A stretch of DNA of 64,000 bases from Elusimicrobiota bacterium (GTDB taxonomy: Bacteria; Elusimicrobiota; Elusimicrobia; UBA1565), in NCBI GenBank assembly GCA_043827405.1, contig JBDRPD010000062.1, positions 73,933-137,932 of the forward strand, written 5' to 3'. Positions 58,831 through 64,000 of the stretch are shown here, one piece after another. Within the stretch, counting starts at the first letter, position 1, and every line of letters starts with the position of its first letter. The translations under genes and the position numbers were made by a program. The notes below the pieces were generated by a model. It had not been told where the DNA came from and searched no databases. It worked only from the letters and a program-made list of their open reading frames with translations.

Positions 58831-59559
58831 ATGAAAAAATTATTATTTTTTATACTTATTTTCTTTTCCGGGAACGTCTATGCACAGGATCAATTTGGAC
58901 GTTTCCAGGAGTTTATCGATCGAGAGTCGCTGAAACCATTTACCCGCGACCTCGGCAGCATTCTCGGCGCGGCGACGTTTCACAGCGGCCGCAGCCTGGG
59001 CTTCTCCGGTTTCGATATCGGCGTTCGGGGAGGCATGCAGTTCTATCCCTCCAAGGGGAATTCGGTGCTGCGCAAGAATGGAATACGCATGTTCGGCCTG
59101 CCGTGGGCACAGGCGGAGATAGGCCTGCCGCTGCGGCTGGACGGCTATATACGCGGCATCAGTTATCAGGGATTTACCATCGCGGGCGGGGGGCTGCGTT
59201 ACGGGCTCACCAAGAAATCCGACAAGCCGCTGATGCCGCAGTTCCTGCTCGCGGCCTCGGCGCATTCGGTCTCGCATACCCACTTTTCCGCCGGCCATTT
59301 CGGTGCCAATCTTATCTCCTCGATCAGCTGGAAGATCGTGACGGTCTATCTCGGCGGAGGCTTCGACCGGACGCGCGTGGTTGTCCGCTCCGTGCCAACG
59401 CTGGACGCGACGCTGAAGGACGCGAGCGTGACGACGATGGAATCACGATTCACCGCCGGAGCGTCGTTCAGCCCCAAACCCTACCTGTACGTCCATACCG
59501 GCTACACGCTCACGCATGGACAGAGCGGGCTCGACTCCGGCGTCGGCATCAGATTCTAG
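58831..59559 (+). CDS. Hypothetical outer-membrane beta-barrel protein
   Basis: Signal peptide MKKLLFFILIFFSGNVYA; amphipathic strands; terminal GIRF. Confidence 0.75.
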   Translation: MKKLLFFILIFFSGNVYAQDQFGRFQEFIDRESLKPFTRDLGSILGAATFHSGRSLGFSGFDIGVRGGMQFYPSKGNSVLRKNGIRMFGLPWAQAEIGLPLRLDGYIRGISYQGFTIAGGGLRYGLTKKSDKPLMPQFLLAASAHSVSHTHFSAGHFGANLISSISWKIVTVYLGGGFDRTRVVVRSVPTLDATLKDASVTTMESRFTAGASFSPKPYLYVHTGYTLTHGQSGLDSGVGIRF

Positions 59560-59563
59560 CCGC

Positions 59564-59694
59564 TCGACGCCCGGATAATCCAGGCAGCTTGTCCCGCCGT
59601 AAGGCGGGGCTAGCCGCCTATTGGGAATGCGTCTTTTCGACGCCCGGATAATCCAGGCAGCTTGTCCCGCCGTAAGGCGGGGCTAGCCGCCTAT
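59564..59694. repeat. Two identical 58-bp direct repeats (59564-59621, 59637-59694), each with a GTAA-loop hairpin; REP-like
   Basis: tcgacgcccggataatccaggcagcttgtcccgccgtaaggcggggctagccgcctat twice, separated by 15 bp. Confidence 0.92.
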
Positions 59695-61341
59695 CAGCCG
59701 CCGCAGCTCGGCGTAGCGGCGGTGATCGAGAGTGCGGATCATGCGGTCGTAGGGCGCATAGAGTTCGACGCCGCCGAGAGGGCGGGCTGCCCGGCGCAGA
59801 TGCTCGGCGGCCCCGTTGCGGTTTCCCGTATGCCAAAGCGCTTCGGCTGCCAGCAGCTCTCCCGGAGGGCATACCGGTTCGAGGGTCAGCGCACGATGCG
59901 CGGCCAGCAGTACGCGATCCCACCTGGCGGCCGTGCGGAATATTTCGCCCGCCATTAGGGGATAGGTGGCATTGGTCGGGTCGCGTTTCTCGGCCTCGGC
60001 GAGCGCTTCCAGCATGGCGGCCGGGCGGCCGGCGCGCAGGTGGAGCCGCGCCATATCCGCCCACAGGTCGGCGCTGTCGGGCGCCATGGCGAGCGCGCTT
60101 CCCATCCAGCGTACCGCCTCGGCGCCTCGGCTGTGAAATGCCAGTTCGCGCCGGCGGCCGATCAGCCAGTCGGGCCAGGGAGCATAAAGGACGAGCGCCA
60201 GGCCGAGCAGCAGCAATGGCCGCGGAGCGCGGAGCCGCAAGCGCGGCGTTGAGCACTCCGTCCCCGCCGCCAAGGCGCTGAAGAATATCCACTGCAATGC
60301 GGGCAGCGCGAAGATATTGTCGTATAGCGCGGCGGTAAATAGGGAGATCACGACCGCTCGCGCGGCCAGCCGCGCCGCATCGGGTTTGGCGCGGCCGCGC
60401 AGGAAGGTCGCGGCGAAGGCGAGCAGAAACAGGATCATCCCGGGCCAGCCGGTTTCGGCGGCCATCTGCAGCGGCTCCGAATGCGCATGCCGGCTGCGCA
60501 GGCCGAATCGCGTCGGCCGGTGCCCTTCAGGGGATGGGATGTTGCGGCGCAGGAAGCCGCGCTCAAACAGGCCGGGTCCCTCGCCGAAGAGCGGATGCTC
60601 CCGCGCGATGTCCGCGGCGGCGGCCCACATGGCGGGACGCATATGCGCGCCGAGATGGTCGAGCTTGAACCGCTCCTGGAGGACGCTGTTGGGGACCAGC
60701 GTCAGCGCCAGCACGCCGGCTGCCGCGAGCAGCCCGAAAGTGCGGCGGTGTCCCGACCGCCACAATACGTAGGCGGCGCCGACGCCGGCGGCGACGAGCG
60801 CGCCGCGGGATTTCGCGGCCAGGATTACGCTGAACGCGAGCAGCGCGACCGCTGCCGGCCAGAGCCGCCGCGCCGGAAGACGGGGCTGGGCGGTGATTGC
60901 GGCCGCCGCGGCCGAGAAAACCGCCGCCAGGAAAAGGGGGGTGTAGTTGGCATAGGGATACAGCAGGCCGATCATCGGGCGGGAAGGCGTCTTGACGCAG
61001 AAGGCGGCCGCCGCGAGCACGGTTCCCGAGGTCAGCAGCAGCCACAGCCAGCGGCGCCGGTACGCCGCGTTCCAGGCGCCGGCCCAGAAATATACCAGCA
61101 GCCCGGTGGCCGGATAGGCGGCGGCGGCGGCGGCCCGCAGCGGTTCGGCGGAAAGCAGCGCGCTGCAGGCGGTCCAGCCCAGCCAGGCAAGCCATAGGCC
61201 GCTCACGGCCGGCGACGCGGACAGGGACGGCCGTTTCAGGCTGGCGGTTCCCCACAGCAGTGCGGCCGCGGCGGCGAAGGCCCAAGGGTTGCGCAGTCCT
61301 CCCGCCAGCAGGCCGCCGAAGACGACGTCCAGGAGGAACAC
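59683..61341 (-). CDS. Second O-antigen ligase (Wzy_C) family protein with TPR-like tail
   Basis: KSRGAL, RPAMW, HPLFGEGPG, HAHSEPLQMAAETG; GTG start abutting the smpB stop. Confidence 0.82.
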   Translation of the reverse strand: MFLLDVVFGGLLAGGLRNPWAFAAAAALLWGTASLKRPSLSASPAVSGLWLAWLGWTACSALLSAEPLRAAAAAAYPATGLLVYFWAGAWNAAYRRRWLWLLLTSGTVLAAAAFCVKTPSRPMIGLLYPYANYTPLFLAAVFSAAAAAITAQPRLPARRLWPAAVALLAFSVILAAKSRGALVAAGVGAAYVLWRSGHRRTFGLLAAAGVLALTLVPNSVLQERFKLDHLGAHMRPAMWAAAADIAREHPLFGEGPGLFERGFLRRNIPSPEGHRPTRFGLRSRHAHSEPLQMAAETGWPGMILFLLAFAATFLRGRAKPDAARLAARAVVISLFTAALYDNIFALPALQWIFFSALAAGTECSTPRLRLRAPRPLLLLGLALVLYAPWPDWLIGRRRELAFHSRGAEAVRWMGSALAMAPDSADLWADMARLHLRAGRPAAMLEALAEAEKRDPTNATYPLMAGEIFRTAARWDRVLLAAHRALTLEPVCPPGELLAAEALWHTGNRNGAAEHLRRAARPLGGVELYAPYDRMIRTLDHRRYAELRRLIGG

Positions 61342-61820
61342 TAGCGCTTGAACTTCCCTTTGAAGGACCTCTCCATTTCGCGGGCGGCGTCCTTTTTGCG
61401 CAGTGAGTCGCGCTTGTCCGCGTGCTTCTTGCCGCGAGCCAGAGCGATGCGGATTTTTGCCCAGCCGCGTCGAAAGTAGATTTCCAGAACGACGATAGTC
61501 AGCCGGCGGGAATCCTGCTCCTCTTTCAGCCGCCGGATTTCGCGCTTGTGCAGCAGCAGTTTGCGGGTGCGGGTGGGTGGGATATCCTCCAGGGTGTTCT
61601 GTGGGTAGGGAGCGATATAGAGCTTATGGAGAAAAATCCCGGTGTCTTCGACGCGGGCATAGGTGCCCTCAAAGCTGACTTTGCGGTCACGCAGGGATTT
61701 GACTTCAGGGCCTTTAAGCTCGATGCCGGCCTCGAAATCCTCGAGGATCTCGTAGTGAAACCGTGCCTTGCGGTTGGTCGCGATCAATATCCTGTCGGTT
61801 TTTTGAGGTTTTTTCGCCAT
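61341..61820 (-). CDS. smpB: SsrA-binding protein
   Basis: NRKARFHY, EAGIELKGPEVKSLR, RKLLLHKREI, RGKK.ADKR; ATG 61820. Confidence 0.96.
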   Translation of the reverse strand: MAKKPQKTDRILIATNRKARFHYEILEDFEAGIELKGPEVKSLRDRKVSFEGTYARVEDTGIFLHKLYIAPYPQNTLEDIPPTRTRKLLLHKREIRRLKEEQDSRRLTIVVLEIYFRRGWAKIRIALARGKKHADKRDSLRKKDAAREMERSFKGKFKR

Positions 61821-61919
61821 GCGCGGTTGGTAAATGAATTGACCGGAGAACTCTAATACGGTAGAATCCGATCTTAGCAAATTCTGCCGGCGGTCCCGGA
61901 ACGTCGGCGGCCTCATAAC

Positions 61920-62006
61920 GGGCAAGTGGCGGAACTGGCAGACGCGCACGCCTCAGGAGCGTGTGGGAGCAATCCTCTGGGGGTTCGAATCCCCCCTTGC
62001 CCACCA
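61920..62006 (+). tRNA. tRNA-Leu (anticodon CAG)
   Basis: Acceptor GGGCAAG/CTTGCCC, D-loop GGAACTGGCAGAC, anticodon arm CACGC-ctCAGga-GCGTG, long variable arm, GGTTCGAATCC, encoded CCA. Confidence 0.96.
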
Positions 62007-62062
62007 TTATTTTGACCTCACCTTTCCCATCATATCCGACCGTCCGCGAGAAGCGGGCCGTC

Positions 62063-63520
62063 ATGCTGCTTATCGCCGGCATCGCGATGCTGCAGCTGCT
62101 ATGCGTTCCCGGACATTACCTCGGCTGGGCGCATGATGACGTCCTCTATGTTCTGGCCGCGCGTTCTTTGCTGACCGGCGCCTATACGCTCGGTATCAGT
62201 CCCGGGCTGCCGCCGCTGACGGAGATCACGCCGGGTTGGCCCCTGCTGCTCGCGCCGGCTGCGCTCGCTTCCGGCGATTACCCTGCCGGCTATCAGCTAT
62301 GGTCCTGGCTGTGGCTGGTGCTGTGCAGCGCGCTGTTCTGGATGTGGCTGCGCCGACGGTTGTCGGCGCCGGGGGCCGCCGCCGGGGCGGCGCTGTTCGC
62401 GCTCAACCCTCTCGTCCTGTCCCGTTCCGGCGTGGTGATGAGCGAGATGCCTTTCCTGGCGGTGCTTATGGCCCTGCTGCTGCTGTTGGAGTCGCGGCGT
62501 GGATTGCGCGGCTGGCAGAGCGGCTGCGGCCTGGGCTTCGCCTGGCTGATCCGTCCGGGAGCGCTGGCGCTTTTTCCCGCAGTCTGGGGCTGGTATCTTT
62601 ACCGGCGACGCTATCGCGATGCGGCGCTCTCGGCGGCGGCGGCGCTGGGAACGATCCTGCTGTGGCAGCTCTGGGCCGCGCTCGCCGGACAGAATATGGC
62701 GGAGGTCGGCGAACTGGCTATGACGCTGCCCGGCCAAGGCGCTTTCGGGCTGGTCGGCACGGCGATCTGGAACGCCAGCCATGCCTTGACGCTGTGGGGC
62801 CGGACCATGCTGCCGTGGGCCGCGCCGTCGGCGTCGACCGCGGCGCTCTGCGTCGGCGTCGTCCTCGCCCTGCTCTGCGCGGCGGGCGCGAGAGTGCTCT
62901 ATGTCGAGCGCCGCTATGAGACGGCGATGGTCTATCTGGCTTGCGGCGTCGCCATGCATCTGCTCTGGCCCTGGTGGTATGAGCGCTACCTGGTCACGCT
63001 GCTGCCGTTTCTCATTTGGGGCCTGGCGCTTGCGCTTGAGCGGTTTTCCCACGGGCGGACGGCGGCGATCTTCGCCGTGCTGACGATTCTGCCGCTGCCG
63101 GTTCAGCTGCCGCGTCTTATGCGCGGCGACCGGGCCCGGCAGCGTCCCGAGCTGATTCGCACGTATGAGTGGATACGCGGCAATACTCCCGCCTCGGCGC
63201 TTATCACGAGTCCATTCTACGGCCGCGATTCCTTTTATACCGGAAGACCGTTTGTGCCGCTGCCGGTATCTCTGGCCGAGCCTTCCCGTCGCGAGAGCTT
63301 GCCGGGAGGTCTGGGGAATCGAGGTATTGATTACGTTTTGTGGCAGGGGCTGCCCGATCTCGGCTCATCGTTGGGCGAGCGCTATTACTGGAGCCGTCGT
63401 CTCAGACGGTTCGAAACGCTGCTGGGAGAAGCCGGCCTGCCGGCGGTTTTTTCCAACACTTCCGAGGGGGCGGTCTTGTACCGCGTGCCGCGCGCTGAGC
63501 GCGGACAAAAGTCACATTAA
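62063..63520 (+). CDS. Multi-pass membrane GT-C-fold glycosyltransferase (PMT/ArnT-like)
   Basis: HDD.LY...ARSL loop motif, PGWPLLL, MSEMPF, ERY; start may be TTG 62012. Confidence 0.75.
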   Translation: MLLIAGIAMLQLLCVPGHYLGWAHDDVLYVLAARSLLTGAYTLGISPGLPPLTEITPGWPLLLAPAALASGDYPAGYQLWSWLWLVLCSALFWMWLRRRLSAPGAAAGAALFALNPLVLSRSGVVMSEMPFLAVLMALLLLLESRRGLRGWQSGCGLGFAWLIRPGALALFPAVWGWYLYRRRYRDAALSAAAALGTILLWQLWAALAGQNMAEVGELAMTLPGQGAFGLVGTAIWNASHALTLWGRTMLPWAAPSASTAALCVGVVLALLCAAGARVLYVERRYETAMVYLACGVAMHLLWPWWYERYLVTLLPFLIWGLALALERFSHGRTAAIFAVLTILPLPVQLPRLMRGDRARQRPELIRTYEWIRGNTPASALITSPFYGRDSFYTGRPFVPLPVSLAEPSRRESLPGGLGNRGIDYVLWQGLPDLGSSLGERYYWSRRLRRFETLLGEAGLPAVFSNTSEGAVLYRVPRAERGQKSH

Positions 63521-63526
63521 TTCCTA

Positions 63527-63555
63527 TTGACTTCCGGGGCGGCGGCCGTTACAAT
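63527..63555 (+). promoter_or_regulatory. Sigma70 promoter of the pilin gene
   Basis: TTGACT-N17-TACAAT. Confidence 0.8.
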
Positions 63556-63610
63556 GGTGTAGTTCGTATCTGTGCATTGATTCGCCAATAATACCGGATT
63601 GATAAACTTA

Positions 63611-63642
63611 CTCCTTAAATTGATTATACCGGTATAAAGGAG
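63611..63642 (+). promoter_or_regulatory. Palindrome and anti-Shine-Dalgarno element in the pilin leader
   Basis: Perfect palindrome TTATACCGGTATAA (63624-63637); CTCCTT (63611-63616) is complementary to AAGGAG (63637-63642). Confidence 0.55.
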
Positions 63643-63652
63643 GGTAGGAAGA

Positions 63653-64000
63653 ATGCACAAGCAAAAGAAAGGTAGGCGGGGCTTCACGCTGATCGAGCTG
63701 ATGATCGTCGTTGCGATTATCGGAATTCTGGCAGCGATCGCAATCCCGAAGTTCGCCGACCTCATCCGTAAGTCGAACGAAGGCGCGACAAAGGGCAACC
63801 TGGGATCCGTACGTAGTGCGTTAAGCATCTACTATGGCGACCAGGAAGGGACTTATCCAAACACTCCGGCGGCGCTGACCACCGGCGGTGACTACTTGGA
63901 TCAAATCCCGAAAGCCAAGACGCCGAACTACCATGCGGACGGGGACACCGTCGCCCTGAGTCAGAGCACCAACGACACGGGCGGATGGGGCTACAACAAC
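63653..64000 (+). CDS. Type IV pilin (partial; runs off the window end)
   Basis: MHKQKKGRRG|FTLIELMIVVAIIGILAAIAIPKF prepilin cleavage/methylation motif; AGGAGG RBS. Confidence 0.95.
   Translation, partial: MHKQKKGRRGFTLIELMIVVAIIGILAAIAIPKFADLIRKSNEGATKGNLGSVRSALSIYYGDQEGTYPNTPAALTTGGDYLDQIPKAKTPNYHADGDTVALSQSTNDTGGWGYNN

Noticed and set aside
59564..59694. CRISPR array
   Set aside because: Only two units, a 58-bp repeat with a 15-bp spacer, and no cas genes.
61920..62060. Prophage or island integrated at tRNA-Leu; tmRNA beside smpB
   Set aside because: No integrase, no duplicated tRNA 3' end and no tmRNA-like sequence recognised in the window.
61821..62062. Extended starts of smpB (61949) and the GT-C gene (61961)
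   Set aside because: Both run into the tRNA-Leu gene; downstream starts fit better.

Overview
GC-rich bacterial chromosomal segment with about 60 tightly packed CDSs, one tRNA-Leu(CAG), and no rRNA, CRISPR array, transposase or phage gene. The style of the type IV pilin and the FlgD-like C-terminal tail on a secreted protease suggest Elusimicrobiota or a similar diderm anaerobe (inference only). Housekeeping genes (valS, mutY, rdgB, murC, rsmA, coaX, smpB) are interleaved with accessory modules. The best candidate for an undescribed system is an amino-acid catabolic set at 10.9-23.3 kb: a YodT-like class III aminotransferase, a P5C-dehydrogenase-like ALDH, an omega-type class III aminotransferase, a CatIJ-type (3-oxoadipate) CoA-transferase, lysine 2,3-aminomutase and a Na+/solute symporter. 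Together they suggest a route lysine -> beta-lysine -> 3-aminoadipate -> 3-oxoadipyl-CoA. A second candidate is a HydABC/NuoEFG-like operon with no H-cluster, whose NuoF subunit is fused to a GltD-like NADPH module and which ends in a stand-alone FMN glutamate-synthase domain. Other modules: a metallopeptidase/ATP-grasp/EamA cassette; a nucleotidyltransferase-BrnA-like toxin-antitoxin pair with a perfect operator palindrome and an unannotated 37-aa membrane ORF; a methylmalonyl-CoA mutase operon split by pilB and a GAF/HD-GYP gene; and a probable pilin-glycosylation neighbourhood. All family calls come from motif recognition by eye; no database searches were run.
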